A DNA stretch of 64,000 bases from Candidatus Bathyarchaeota archaeon. Its GTDB lineage: Archaea; Thermoproteota; Bathyarchaeia; 40CM-2-53-6. The stretch lies in NCBI GenBank assembly GCA_963733055.1, contig CAVTBR010000001.1:416001-480000 (forward strand), given 5' to 3'. Positions 30,392 through 41,838 of the stretch are shown in pieces. Below the pieces are notes generated by a model. The model searched no databases. It had not been told where the DNA came from and worked only from the letters and a program-made list of their open reading frames with translations. Each line of letters opens with the position of its first letter. The stretch's first letter is position 1. Position numbers and translations under genes: made by a program.

Positions 30392-30599
30392 TTAGCAGAC
30401 GCACCACAAATACACTCAGTGTCATGTAAACGAAGAGGGCTGTGCTCAAATTTACTCCGGTGGAGGAAAAGAAGCCGCTTCGCCCAGTATCAAGTACGGG
30501 ACTGGCAAGCTTAAAAGTAAGAATGTGATTCTTACCAAGTACGCAGGAGAGCGGAGCAGGTCGTCGAGGATCAAATCGGTCAATGCTAAGGGTCGGAGC

Positions 30600-30860
30600 A
30601 TGGAGAATGTGGCAGATTTGGAAGTAGGATTTAGGAGGGTTACTTCTAAGGGGCAGGTCACTATTCCCGAAGTGATGAGAAAACGCTACAACATTACAAT
30701 GCAAACGAGGCTTGAGTTCGTGCCTAGTTCAGAGGGTATTCTTTTGAAGCCCGCGACAGAAGTGGGAAGTTTCAAGGAACTGGCAGGCTCGGCTTCTAGG
30801 AACTGGACTGTGGGTGAGATGTTGAGACGTTTGAGTGAACTGAGAAAGGAAAATGCCTAG
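30600..30860 (+). CDS. AbrB/MazE-type antitoxin (VapB)
   Basis: VTSKGQVTIP motif; overlaps the PIN gene. Confidence 0.88.
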   Translation: MENVADLEVGFRRVTSKGQVTIPEVMRKRYNITMQTRLEFVPSSEGILLKPATEVGSFKELAGSASRNWTVGEMLRRLSELRKENA

Positions 30861-31258
30861 CGCAATCTTCGAGACCCGCTTTTTCATTTACTTCTTCGCA
30901 TCCCCTGATCCGGATACGCATCGAAAGTTGCTGAGGCTGATGGGACGATATCGCTCAAGGCTCGTTTCGGCGATTACTCTCTACGAAGTCTACAAGCTCT
31001 CCCTCGAAAAAGAGGGCAAGGAGACCTGCGGAGACAAGGACCGCAAGAATAAGAAAGGAATTTGGAGTAGTCCCCGTGAATGACTCAATAGCCATCCGCG
31101 GAGCACAACTCAAGCACGCCGCGAAAGTTCGGTACAATGAGGACGTGCCAATGGCCGACAGCCTGATCGCGGCGACAGGCGTCATAACCAAAGCGACTTG
31201 CATTACGGACTCGCCACACTTCGATAAGATTCCTCAGGTCAAATGCAAATGGATATGA
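30853..31258 (+). CDS. PIN-domain toxin (VapC), split by a +1 frameshift at ~31025
   Basis: IFETRF, VSAITLYE, ADSLIAAT and TDSPHF motifs; the halves join as KETAETRTARI. Confidence 0.8.
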
Positions 31259-31369
31259 TTAGGGTGCTGCTCTGTCTTTCATGCGTCGTAGGGTCTCTAA
31301 ATTTGGCTTGATCACTGAAGCTTTCCCCGCCGTTCCTACGGCCGACTTTATCCAGTCCCTCTTCGTCGG

Positions 31370-31939
31370 TTACCGTGAGGTAGGCTCCCTGAGTCTCCTT
31401 CTCTCTTTCACTATCTCGAGTATCTTCCTAAACTCGTCTGTCCCGGCTTTTTCCGTCAACTCATAGATAGCCGCTTCAGTGGTCCCTATCATGGCTCCGG
31501 CCCCACGCATCCTCTCTATCGCTGTCTCCCTGTCGATCAGGGCGTGGGATGAGGTACCGTCCTTCACAAGGAGAACCTGGTAACCGTGTGTTAGCAGGTC
31601 GAGGACGGTTTGGAGTACGCAGATGTGAGTCTCGATACCACACGCGATAACCGTCTTCCTACCTACTTCCTGGAGCTTCCTCATGAAAACGGAGTCGCCG
31701 CAACAGCTGAAACTGAGCTTCCGAAAGTTGGGTGAATCAGATACTAGGTTCTTGAGTTCTGGAACAATTTCCCCCAGGTTTTCCTGTTGCGTTGCCATAA
31801 CCGGCACGTTCAGAACCCGAGCAGCTCCGATCAATGCTTTGATATTCTCCACAGTTACTTCGTGCTCAGCAATCGTGTCTATGATATGATCTTGCACGTC
31901 AATAACTAGTAGAACACAGTCACTCCGGTTAACCTTCAC
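31370..31939 (-). CDS. Isochorismatase-family hydrolase (YcaC-like)
   Basis: VIDVQ, KLSFSC and GIETHICV motifs. Confidence 0.9.
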   Translation of the reverse strand: MKVNRSDCVLLVIDVQDHIIDTIAEHEVTVENIKALIGAARVLNVPVMATQQENLGEIVPELKNLVSDSPNFRKLSFSCCGDSVFMRKLQEVGRKTVIACGIETHICVLQTVLDLLTHGYQVLLVKDGTSSHALIDRETAIERMRGAGAMIGTTEAAIYELTEKAGTDEFRKILEIVKERRRLREPTSR

Positions 31940-32125
31940 TTTGTTGGCCTCTATACTTGCTCAGCGTCCTTTGAGAGCGATATGAAAAGGGTTTGCTTGA
32001 AATTGAGTAGATGCTACTGGGTTGGTTCGTTGCATTTTCTATAGACGGTAAGATTCTTCTCTGACTGAAAAGTCATAATCACTCGACCTCTCATGAATCC
32101 TCACAACGTCTCGGAACGAACAAAC

Positions 32126-33061
32126 ATGAAAACGGCTGTGATAGGGGCTGGCACCATGGGCCATGGTATTGCTCAAGCGTTCGCTCAAGGCGGGTGGGAG
32201 GTCTGGCTTGTTGACCTACGACCTGACATTCTGCAACATGCGCTCATCCAGCTCAAAGCCGATTTACGCCTGTTCCAAGAGCAAGGTCTTCTAACTGTAG
32301 CAGAGTCAGAGGTAGTTCTGTCCAGGATCAAAGTCACCGTAAACCCGGAGGAAGCTGTAAGAGACGCCGATTTTGTTACCGAAGCAGTTTCCGAGGACAT
32401 GGCCGTAAAGAAAAGAGTCTTCAAGATGCTAGACGAGCAAACCTCGAGAGACGCAATTCTAGCCTCAAATACATCCGGCCTAAACATTTCAGAGATTGCA
32501 GCAGCAACACGAACACCCATGAGGGTGGTTGGGACAAATTGGTGGAACCCACCACAAATCATTCCCCTCGTGGAAATAATGAGGGGAGAGAACACTACGG
32601 AGGAGACACTGGAACGAACCAGAGCAGTGCTGAAGAGCATTGGGAAGAAACCGATCACCATCCTGAAACCGATTCAAGGATTCGTCGGAAATAGGCTGCA
32701 AATGGCACTGTTTCGAGAAGCTATGAGTTTACTAGAGAAAGGAATAGCGAGCATCGAGGATATCGATACGGCTGTGTCGTTCGGTCCCGGCTTCAGATAT
32801 CCCGTTCTTGGCCCATTCAGAGTATCTGATTTCGGTGGCTTGGACGTGTTCCATCATTTATCCGAAGAACTGTTCAATGATTTGGATAGATCCAGTGCGC
32901 CCCCGAGCATAATGAAACGATTGGTAGAGAATGGCAGAATCGGCGTAAAATCCGGACGAGGATTCTACGATTATACTGGTTCACAAGAGGGCGAACTGAT
33001 TAAAGACAGAGATCGAAGGCTGTTAGAGATACACAAAGCAGTCTTGCAAGGCGAAAAATAG
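32126..33061 (+). CDS. 3-hydroxyacyl-CoA dehydrogenase family protein
   Basis: GAGTMG, EAVSE, SNTS, GFVGNR and GVKSGRGFY motifs; the usual catalytic His position reads TNWWNPP. Confidence 0.88.
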   Translation: MKTAVIGAGTMGHGIAQAFAQGGWEVWLVDLRPDILQHALIQLKADLRLFQEQGLLTVAESEVVLSRIKVTVNPEEAVRDADFVTEAVSEDMAVKKRVFKMLDEQTSRDAILASNTSGLNISEIAAATRTPMRVVGTNWWNPPQIIPLVEIMRGENTTEETLERTRAVLKSIGKKPITILKPIQGFVGNRLQMALFREAMSLLEKGIASIEDIDTAVSFGPGFRYPVLGPFRVSDFGGLDVFHHLSEELFNDLDRSSAPPSIMKRLVENGRIGVKSGRGFYDYTGSQEGELIKDRDRRLLEIHKAVLQGEK

Positions 33062-33083
33062 ACCCGTGTAACTCGGGAGGGTT

Positions 33084-34178
33084 TCAGGTAATCATTCCTC
33101 TGGCAGATATCTTCCATACCGCTTCCAAGTAACCGTTTCTTACACAATAGAACTGGTTGTGTAGGTTAATTGTTGTGCACCCATGCGTCGGTATCAGCTC
33201 AACCTTATCTCCAAGTCTCAATTGCTGACCGTTAGTTTTGTTTTCGAGAAGACAATGCTCCTCGTATAGATGCACCAACTGCGTCCCATCTAGCTTGGCT
33301 CGTGGCAACCCATATTCTTGGCTAATCGCCTTCATCCCGGCATCCACCGTAAACTTACCAGGACCTGGATTACTGATGATCGACGTGAGTAGGGTAACTG
33401 CGCAATCAAATGGCATTCCCATGTTCTTGAATTTCAAATCCATCGTTGCATAAGTCCCTGGATGAATTTCAGTTATGCCAGAATAACCTCCCGCAATATC
33501 GTAAGTGCTTGTTCCTCCAGCGCAGACCCTCTCAACGTGTAATCCGGATTTTTCAAGCAGTTGCTTGGTCTCGACGTCTTTCCCCAGCGCCTCTTGACAG
33601 AGTGCTTTCTTTTGGTTGTAATCATCGATTAGGACGCAGTGTCCTTCGTAACCAAGTATCCCCTTGAAAATCAGACCCGGTTTAGTTCGTATCTCTCTTG
33701 CTAGGTTGACTGCAGGTTGGCCAGGTTGGACCCCGCAGCGGTGCATTCCCACATCGACTTCTACCAGGACGTTGATCTGCACTCCTTCCAACTCGGCGGC
33801 CTTCGATAACTGGTTGACGTTATCTCGGTCGTCTACAAGCACTATCATGTTGCTATGATGGGCCAATCGTGCAAGCCGTAATGTCTTATCCCATCCAACG
33901 ACTTCATTCGTAATGAAAACGTCACTTATTCCAGACTCAACCATGACCTCGGCTTCACTCAGCTTCTGGCATGCAATTCCCTTGGCTCCCGCGGTTATCT
34001 GTTTGTGAGCTATGATCGGGCACTTGTGGGTCTTGATATGCGGTCTCATTCTCGCTTGTTTATCGCGGAAGAAATCTGCCATCTTCTTGATGTTCTGGTC
34101 CAAAATATCCAAGTCTAAAATGAGTGCCGGCGTGTCGAGCTCTTCAACCTTAGTGCCGCGCTCGTTCATCAATGACAC
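33084..34178 (-). CDS. DSD1/D-threonine aldolase-family PLP enzyme
   Basis: DTPAL, RPHIKTHK, RCGV, GYEGH, EEH and HGCTT motifs. Confidence 0.9.
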   Translation of the reverse strand: MSLMNERGTKVEELDTPALILDLDILDQNIKKMADFFRDKQARMRPHIKTHKCPIIAHKQITAGAKGIACQKLSEAEVMVESGISDVFITNEVVGWDKTLRLARLAHHSNMIVLVDDRDNVNQLSKAAELEGVQINVLVEVDVGMHRCGVQPGQPAVNLAREIRTKPGLIFKGILGYEGHCVLIDDYNQKKALCQEALGKDVETKQLLEKSGLHVERVCAGGTSTYDIAGGYSGITEIHPGTYATMDLKFKNMGMPFDCAVTLLTSIISNPGPGKFTVDAGMKAISQEYGLPRAKLDGTQLVHLYEEHCLLENKTNGQQLRLGDKVELIPTHGCTTINLHNQFYCVRNGYLEAVWKISARGMIT

Positions 34179-34251
34179 ACAGACCTATTTGCGGTTTGGG
34201 CGTCCCAGCATTTTATGTTGATGGGAGAAAACCGACACAGCAACTGAATAG

Positions 34252-35157
34252 CTACTGGAGGCAAATGTCCCCTCTCGAAACGGTAACTGAATACCCTCCA
34301 ACTCTAACGTTGTCTGGTATGCCGTCTTTGAATTTCACCTGAACATACAACCTGCTCGGTCGCTCAATTTCAAACCCTTGCTCTATCGAAAAATCGTGCA
34401 GGATTTCTTTTGGCAATAGACTATAGACTGCCAGATGGGTTGCTAGTCCTCCAGCCGCGCTTCCGGCAGCTGCATCCTCACCAATTCCGATGCTGGGAAC
34501 GAAGAATCGAAGATGGGCGGAAGCATCACGAGTTACGGTTTCTAGGGTGAATACTCCAACCCCAGTGAGTCCCAACTCATTCTCGATCTTCTTGACCTTG
34601 CTCAGATCGGGTGCCATTTTGGATAGCACGTCCAACTGATTGAGCTGAACGAATAGTTGGGGCAGGCCTGTACTGATGATTTGCGGATTAGAATCTTGAG
34701 AAAGTACCTTTCTGTCTAACTGAAGCGCATCGGTTATCGTCTGAATCTGATTCTCGGTCAGTTTGGCGATAATTCGCGGTTTTCCTTGGTCCATAATGAT
34801 CTTAGGTGAACCTCGGCCTCGAACAACCTCGATTGGTAGGACTCCGACTCCTGTTTCATGCTTCAATACAGAGATGTTTTTTTCCGCACTCAGCTCTGAG
34901 ACAAAGATGTGTGCCGCCCCGATGACTGGATGGCCAGCGAATGGAATTTCCTTGATTGGGCTGAATATTCTGAGCGCATAATCGACTTTCCTCTTTGGTG
35001 GAACGATGAAGGAGGTCTCCGGCGTTCCAAACTCCGCTGCAATAGCTTGCATCTCATAATCCGTCAGACCTTTGGCGTCTGGGACGACCGTCAAAGGATT
35101 ACCGGAAAAAATCTTGTCAGTGAAAACGTCCACATGCCGAACCGGAATAACTCTCAT
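34252..35157 (-). CDS. PhzF-family isomerase/epimerase
   Basis: VDVFT..FSGNP, ETSF, EIPFAGHP, EDAAAGS and EQG motifs. Confidence 0.9.
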   Translation of the reverse strand: MRVIPVRHVDVFTDKIFSGNPLTVVPDAKGLTDYEMQAIAAEFGTPETSFIVPPKRKVDYALRIFSPIKEIPFAGHPVIGAAHIFVSELSAEKNISVLKHETGVGVLPIEVVRGRGSPKIIMDQGKPRIIAKLTENQIQTITDALQLDRKVLSQDSNPQIISTGLPQLFVQLNQLDVLSKMAPDLSKVKKIENELGLTGVGVFTLETVTRDASAHLRFFVPSIGIGEDAAAGSAAGGLATHLAVYSLLPKEILHDFSIEQGFEIERPSRLYVQVKFKDGIPDNVRVGGYSVTVSRGDICLQ

Positions 35158-35258
35158 TCGTTACTCGGAACGGCTCGTGAGTACAGACTCTGCCATGAAG
35201 TTTTGCGTGGCCACTATAATTTACTCGCTAGGACTGAACAATCGCGAGAGAGACTAGA

Positions 35259-36812
35259 CTACTCGGGCGGTATCTCTCGGAAGGCGGCACTGATGTCGAT
35301 TCCCTGATGCTTTCTGAACCCTTTAGCCACGTAGTAGAGGACTACGCCAAGCAAGCAGTATCCCAACATGAAAGCCACCGACGCCCCTGTTAGTGGGAAA
35401 CCAAGCTGCGGGTTTAACGCCAAAACTACCGTGTATGCGATTATTCCGAAGCCTGCGATGGCTCCGCAGATCGTTATCCAGGGTATGCCCCCGATCTTGG
35501 CTCGAGTGAATGATGGTGCTTGTTCGAAAATCTGTTTACCGCGCCAAGGCAATATCATGCCGGCTAGCAACGCAGGGACGAATGAAATAGCGGAGCCGAG
35601 GGCCGCGTTGAGAATTATGCTAACGAGTCCGGTGTACAACGTTACCACCAATAACACTTCTCCGGCTATGAAGACTGCAATAGCTGAAATGTAGGGGGTG
35701 GCGAAGGTTGGATGGACGTCAGCAAATTTAGCTGGGGCCACGCGATCGAAAGACCATGCGAAGACCCATCTCGTCACAACTAGTATCGACTGCGGAATCA
35801 CTACTAGCGACCCCGCTACCAAACCAATATCCATAGCCGCGGAAATTGCTGGATTGTGATATACGAAGCCTATGATGCTGTTTAGATATGGTGGGTTAAC
35901 GGGGCTTGCGCTTCCCAGAGTGGTGAGAGAATTTGCGAAATCAAACCCAACCGTGCCGTAGTATAGCAGAACACCGATCGTGAACATTATCCAACTGAAC
36001 ATGACGGCGCCAAGTAAGCCTGTGAAGATACTTTTCTTCAAATCCTTCAGTTCCCCCGCCACCTGGACCGGCCAAATCGTAAGAAGATAGAAACCTAGGA
36101 TGGGGGCAGCTATGATGGTCTGTGTTAAGTCAAATTGCGGGGTAGTGTAACCGGCCTTCTGAGCTGCGGTTATGACGCCCTGGTAATTCATCGTCGGTGA
36201 AACTGCATTCCACATAGAAACGAAAGCGTCATGCCCAACGAGCAGTGCACCAAGCATCACGAAAGGCGAGATTAGCGCTAGAATGATGAGAACAGTCTGA
36301 ACCTTCGTATATCTTCTCAGTGGAATGATCATCATAAGGGTGCAGAGGATTATGATTAGACTATCGACAACAAAGCGAACGGTGAGGGTAGTAAGGACTG
36401 CGGAAGCTGGTCCGTAACCAAGGTCCGTCAAGAAGCTTGGCAGGTATACGCTAGTAACCAGATCAGAGAAAATCGGTAGATTCAACGTAACGATAAAAGT
36501 TGCGAGCCAACTCTGCATGAACCCGACTGCAGGATGGATGATCCTGCTGACGTAGATGTAGTCTCCACCTGAACGGGGCATAGCAAAAGCGAGCTGAGTA
36601 TAAACAATCAGGTACGGCACAAGGACAATTAACAGAAAAAGTAGGCTACCGATGAGATTCGCCTTGGGAAGCGTTGCAGGGAGCGCGTAATAGAACGAGG
36701 TCATGGCCACACCAAGAACCACACCCCCGAACCCGACACCGAAGCTATCCCACCATCCGAGGCTCTTAACGAGCCCAGTCGCGTCCCTAGTGAAGACCTT
36801 AGGCTTACTCAT
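35259..36812 (-). CDS. APC-family amino acid permease
   Basis: FTRDATGLVK, MPRSGGDY, FAWSFD and terminal IPPE. Confidence 0.9.
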   Translation of the reverse strand: MSKPKVFTRDATGLVKSLGWWDSFGVGFGGVVLGVAMTSFYYALPATLPKANLIGSLLFLLIVLVPYLIVYTQLAFAMPRSGGDYIYVSRIIHPAVGFMQSWLATFIVTLNLPIFSDLVTSVYLPSFLTDLGYGPASAVLTTLTVRFVVDSLIIILCTLMMIIPLRRYTKVQTVLIILALISPFVMLGALLVGHDAFVSMWNAVSPTMNYQGVITAAQKAGYTTPQFDLTQTIIAAPILGFYLLTIWPVQVAGELKDLKKSIFTGLLGAVMFSWIMFTIGVLLYYGTVGFDFANSLTTLGSASPVNPPYLNSIIGFVYHNPAISAAMDIGLVAGSLVVIPQSILVVTRWVFAWSFDRVAPAKFADVHPTFATPYISAIAVFIAGEVLLVVTLYTGLVSIILNAALGSAISFVPALLAGMILPWRGKQIFEQAPSFTRAKIGGIPWITICGAIAGFGIIAYTVVLALNPQLGFPLTGASVAFMLGYCLLGVVLYYVAKGFRKHQGIDISAAFREIPPE

Positions 36813-37040
36813 AGAAATCCAACACGAAGAACAGACAAACTGACCGTACGCAGTGGCTATAACACTTTGGTCGTTACAACTGTTACCCAAGCCACTACAG
36901 TAATTATTCCTGCAAGAGCTGTAATGGTTCGTCCTCGGGAATTACCGTTATCGAAACAGCGAAAGGTCTGGCACAGAGATTCGTCGAAACGTGGTCGGAG
37001 TAAAGAGAAACATAAGAATGGCTCACGATACAGGTTTCGC

Positions 37041-38142
37041 GTGATACCCTACGAGTGAGATTGGGATCAGGAAGGATGAGATCGATACTCCTGCGCTCTT
37101 GATAGATCTGGATTTGATGGAACGAAACATATCGACTATGGCGGATTTTTTCAGAAATAAAACTGCGAAACTGCGAGCTCATTCCAAAGTCCACAGAGTT
37201 CCGATTATTGCTCACAAACAGATAGAGGCGGGGGCCAAGGGTTTGTGCTGTCAGAAAGTCGCGGAGGCGGAGGTCATGGTTGCGGATGGAATCAAGGACA
37301 TTATTGTTACAAACGAGATAGTCACCCCCTCGAAGATCAAGAGGCTACTCGCACTAACTAGACGCGCAAAAATCTGCGTACCAATCGACAGCCTCGCCAA
37401 CGCGGAGTCCTTGTCTACTGCCGCGCAAAAAGAGGGCGTTGAACTCAATACTCTAGTTGACGTGCACTTAGGTTCCAATCGTTGTGGAGTGGAACCCGGT
37501 GAACCTGCAGCCAAATTGGCAACGGCTGTCAAAAGCCTCAAGGGGCTTAAACTCATAGGTCTCATGGGTTTTGAAGGCCATCTCTCTTGGATAGACCCCC
37601 GTGAAAAAAGGCGGGGTGAAATTGAGAAGACCGAAAGGCTCTTGATAAATTCCAAGAAACTGATCGAGAATGCTGGAATAAGAGTTGAGGAGATATCAAC
37701 CGGCTCTACCGGAACATATGATGTTAGTGGTGCGATACCGGAAATAACCGAAGTGCAAGCCGGCACTTATGTTCTAATGGACGGGGAATACCGCAAACAT
37801 ATACAAGAATTCAGTTGCGCCCTAACGGTGCTCTCAACGGTCGTGAGTAAACCATCCGATCGAAGAATCGTTACTGACGCTGGTCTCATGTCAATAAGTG
37901 TGGCACTTGGAAAACCAGAAGTAACCGGAGTAGGAGTCGAGAATCTCGAAGTCGAAGAGCTTCACGCAGAAAATGCTGTACTGAGAGTCACGGGCCCTAG
38001 CAAGATACAAGTTGAAGACCAGATTGAATTCATACCGTCATATCTTGACGCCACTGTGAATTTTCACAGCAAAATCTACGGTGTGAGAAAAGACCACGTC
38101 GAAACTGTTTGGAGCACACCTGGCAGAGGTACTTCCAACTAG
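37041..38142 (+). CDS. Second DSD1/D-threonine aldolase-family PLP enzyme (GTG start one base out of frame)
   Basis: EIDTPAL upstream of the listed ORF; RAHSKVH, RCGV and GFEGH motifs; extra C in CCC at 37047-37049. Confidence 0.85.
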
Positions 38143-38183
38143 CACTTAGGAAACGGGTTTGTCAAAGGCATTCCGTAAGCGTG

Positions 38184-39042
38184 TCAGAGATTTGGATAGT
38201 TGAGAGGCGCGCCACGTTCGCCAACATCAAATGCGCCCACGTGCGCTCCACCCAAGTTAGCGAAGAAGAGTCTAGTCCCCTTCGGTTCAAACGCGATATT
38301 AGTAGGTTGGTTGAGAAGCTCCCCGCTCGCATCTTCAATGAGGAGTTCAGTATTCTGGTCTGGGTAGGCAACGAAAATTCGATTTGGATAGTAACATGAG
38401 CAGTATAGGTTACCGCTCGCAGCAAACGCTAATCCATCAAGTATGTTACCTGGAAATTGAGCATAGATCTCCGGCGCCCCTGCCTTCCCATCCTTATCGA
38501 TTGGAATTCGCAGAATGTCTGCTGCGGTGGTCTCAATCATGTACACCGCATTATCCTTATGAGACAATGCGAGGCCGTTCGAGAAATGCCAGTTGGTCCC
38601 GATCAGTGATTGCGATTCACGTTTAGTGTTCACGCGTATGAGGCGGCCGCTTGGTTTCCAGTAGTCACCTGAGTCTAGAGAAATAGTAGTTGCCTTCGGG
38701 GTCGAACGCACCATAGTTCGGTATCACCAAAGGGCCGTCGGGTGCTTTGTCGCAGTAGGTGGAAACTTCTCCCTTTTGGTTTACACGAACTACCATATGC
38801 TTGGTTGCGTTACAAACGTACACGTTATGATTCGCATCAACAGCCACACCCGCCAGTACTCCTTCACTCTTCGCCAATTGCTTGAGTTCGAACTTTGGAG
38901 GAGTCATAGCGTAGACTTGGCCGGCAAAACCTCCTGCATACAGGCGTCCGTCAGGACCGAAGTTCAGGCACTCTACGTGATCGACCCCGCTTTGGATTAT
39001 TTCGACCTGATGAATATTGTGACGTGTCATTGTCGGCCGCAT
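38184..39042 (-). CDS. SMP-30/gluconolactonase-family beta-propeller, split by a +1 frameshift at ~38676
   Basis: HVE, PNY, YFS-DSG, SNGL, DGL and PTN motifs across the two ORFs. Confidence 0.82.
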
Positions 39043-39116
39043 TTCCGTAACATGGCTTTGTCCGCATTTGAACCTTTATTATGGGAGGGAACGGAGAAAA
39101 CGAGAGTTGCCTCATC

Positions 39117-40118
39117 TTGACTGTCAAACTTTCTTCCGATTGGAGTTACAAAGGCTTTCGTACGTTAATTCTTGAGAACGAAGATATTCGACTAACGGTC
39201 TTGCCGGACTACGGTGCGAAAATTCTCGAATTCATTGTCAAGAACGCCGATCGGGATCTGCTATATCACAACCCGCGGGTCGAAATTCGGCCACCGGTTT
39301 ATGGTGTGAACGTTGACAATTGGTGGCACGGCGGTATCGATGAATGCATCCCCACCGGGCAACCCTGCAACTACAAAGGGGAAGAATATCCGGTCCTAGG
39401 CGAGGTCTGGTCACTGCCATGGTCCTACGAAGTCGAGAAGAATGTTGAGCAAGAGGTGACCGTGCACTTTTCTCGTAGCACAGTAATCGCCCCTCTCCAC
39501 GTCGAACGGTGGATGACACTGAGGGCGCACAGTCCTGTCTTGGAAATGAGGCACAAGATAACAAATCTCGGTTACTCGGATTTCGAATTCCTGTGGGGAA
39601 TCCACCCGGGCATAGCCATCAACCCTGCGTCAAGGATTGACATCCCTCAATCGAAGGTTCTCATAGACGAATCCTCCCCCAATAATCGACTGGGCGCTCC
39701 AGGCAGCTACTACACTTGGCCAAATGCGAAAACACAAACTGGACAGGAAGTGGACATGCGCCGCGTTCAGCCACCCGAATCAAAGACGATCGATATGCAT
39801 TTTGCAACCGAATTCAATGAAGGATGGCTGGCCGTGACAGATACTGCGGCGAAAGTGGGCTTTGGCTTCGCCTTTCCGAAAGAGATCTTCAGATGTATCT
39901 GGCTGTGGTTAGTCTATGGAGGCTGGCGAGGGCTCTATTGCGCCGCGGTTGAGGCATGGACAGGTTACCCCGGCCGACTGGATTTGGCGGTCAAGAACGG
40001 AACTTGCGCTCAGCTCGGGGCAGGCAAGAGTCTCAACTGCGAAACGCGCCTCGTAGGTTATACTGGTCTGACGAAAGTGGATCGAGTTACGTCTGATGGA
40101 AGAGTCGAAGGATCCTAA
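39117..40118 (+). CDS. Galactose-mutarotase-like (aldose epimerase) domain protein
   Basis: LEN..IRLTVLP..GAKI, GGIDECIP, GEVW..PW and WGIHP motifs. Confidence 0.75.
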   Translation: MTVKLSSDWSYKGFRTLILENEDIRLTVLPDYGAKILEFIVKNADRDLLYHNPRVEIRPPVYGVNVDNWWHGGIDECIPTGQPCNYKGEEYPVLGEVWSLPWSYEVEKNVEQEVTVHFSRSTVIAPLHVERWMTLRAHSPVLEMRHKITNLGYSDFEFLWGIHPGIAINPASRIDIPQSKVLIDESSPNNRLGAPGSYYTWPNAKTQTGQEVDMRRVQPPESKTIDMHFATEFNEGWLAVTDTAAKVGFGFAFPKEIFRCIWLWLVYGGWRGLYCAAVEAWTGYPGRLDLAVKNGTCAQLGAGKSLNCETRLVGYTGLTKVDRVTSDGRVEGS

Positions 40119-40149
40119 CTGTAACCTTGTAAATCTCTGATTTCGCTAG

Positions 40150-41781
40150 ATGATCGAAGTGGATTTGATAATACGGGGCGGCGTAATTGTTGACGGTACT
40201 GGAAGCCCACGTTTCGAAGGCGACGTAGGCATCGATCATGGAAAGATCGTCAGCGTATCAAGAAATAGCAGACTGACGGGCGGAGAACACATTGACGCCG
40301 CCGGCCTAATTGTTTCACCCGGCTTCATCGACATCCATACACATTCAGATTTTCCATTACTTCAGAATACTAAAGCTGAAAGCTACGTGAGGCAGGGCGT
40401 CACAACCTCCGTTCTAGGTGCCTGCGGCAGGTCTTGTGCTCCCGTAAACGATGCCACGAAGGAACTTCTCACGAGGGATATCATCGGCTACGACGCGAGG
40501 TTGCCCATTACCTGGCACAGTTTCCAAGACTATCTAAATGAGTTCGAGAAACGAGGCACCGCTCAGAACATCGCAGCCCTGGTAGCACATAACGCTGTAA
40601 GAATATTCGTGATGGGCTACGAAGCACACCCTCCCTCCAAGAACGAACTTGAAGAGATGAAAGCGCTGGTTGGAGAGAGTATGGAGGCGGGTGCAATCGG
40701 ATTATCGACAGGGCTCGCGTACCCGCCGGGTGGCAATGCAGATACTGGGGAAATAGTGGAGCTCGCAAAGGTTGCGGCGCAATACGGCGGCTTCTATTCC
40801 TCGCACCTCAGGGGAACCGACGGCGATTTCCTCGCAGGGGCCAAGGAGGCGCTACTGATAGGGGAGAAGGCAAAGCTGCCTGTTCACATTGGACACTTCT
40901 GCGGTTTCTTCGGCAACTTCGAAGAGACCCAGCGCGGGCTCAACATGATAACGGATGCACGTAACCGGGGAATGGATGTAACCTGCGACCTCTACCCGTA
41001 CCTCGCCGGAGCAAACCCTCTAATGGCTTTCTTCCCGCCCTCGATCTTCAATCGCCGATGGAGTGAACTTGTCGAGGAATTCCGAAATCCCCCGGCAAGA
41101 AGGAAACTTGCCAAGGAAATTTCTAGTTCAGAGCTTGGGGCCTTCTGGTTAACAAAACCGGAGACACTCAGCCGAATCATGCTCTTCGACCTCTATTCGC
41201 GGTCAAATCAAACATTCAAAGGAAAAACGCTCACTGAGATTGCAAAACTCAAGGGAATGGAACATGTCGAAGCAACATTATCCATTCTGGCGGACGAAGG
41301 AAAAGACATGTTCAACACGGGCGTCATCTGCCAATGGATGGGGGAGCGAGACAATTTCGCAGTATTCAAAGAACCCTTCCACATGGTAGGGTCTGATGGG
41401 ATAGCACTCGCACCCTATGGTGAACTAGCTTCTTTCAAGTTCCACCCAAGGGCATACGGCACATTTCCGAGGGTTATTGCCAGATACGTTAGAGAGAACT
41501 CGGTTCTGACCTTAGAGGAGGCCGTCCGAAAAATGACATCATCGCCCGCCACACGAGTTGGAATACGCGACAGGGGGCAGGTCAGGGAGGGGATGTGGGC
41601 CGATCTTGTGGTTTTCAATTACGATCGCATCGTGGACAGAAGCACCTACGAACAACCCAACTCATACCCTGAAGGAATCGAGTACGTGTTGATCAATGGC
41701 GAAATAGTTGTCCAAAAGGGAGAACACACGGGCAAATTGCCAGGGAAGGTTCTTCGGCATGAAGGTCACATAGGACTCTGA
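40150..41781 (+). CDS. N-acyl-D-amino-acid deacylase (D-aminoacylase)
   Basis: PGFIDIHTHSD, GACG, SHLR, GSDG and HPRAYGTFPR motifs. Confidence 0.92.
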   Translation: MIEVDLIIRGGVIVDGTGSPRFEGDVGIDHGKIVSVSRNSRLTGGEHIDAAGLIVSPGFIDIHTHSDFPLLQNTKAESYVRQGVTTSVLGACGRSCAPVNDATKELLTRDIIGYDARLPITWHSFQDYLNEFEKRGTAQNIAALVAHNAVRIFVMGYEAHPPSKNELEEMKALVGESMEAGAIGLSTGLAYPPGGNADTGEIVELAKVAAQYGGFYSSHLRGTDGDFLAGAKEALLIGEKAKLPVHIGHFCGFFGNFEETQRGLNMITDARNRGMDVTCDLYPYLAGANPLMAFFPPSIFNRRWSELVEEFRNPPARRKLAKEISSSELGAFWLTKPETLSRIMLFDLYSRSNQTFKGKTLTEIAKLKGMEHVEATLSILADEGKDMFNTGVICQWMGERDNFAVFKEPFHMVGSDGIALAPYGELASFKFHPRAYGTFPRVIARYVRENSVLTLEEAVRKMTSSPATRVGIRDRGQVREGMWADLVVFNYDRIVDRSTYEQPNSYPEGIEYVLINGEIVVQKGEHTGKLPGKVLRHEGHIGL

Positions 41782-41838
41782 ATCTAGTGCGGTGCGTCGT
41801 GAAGATATCGGATTAACCGCAAACGAATCGTGGACAGC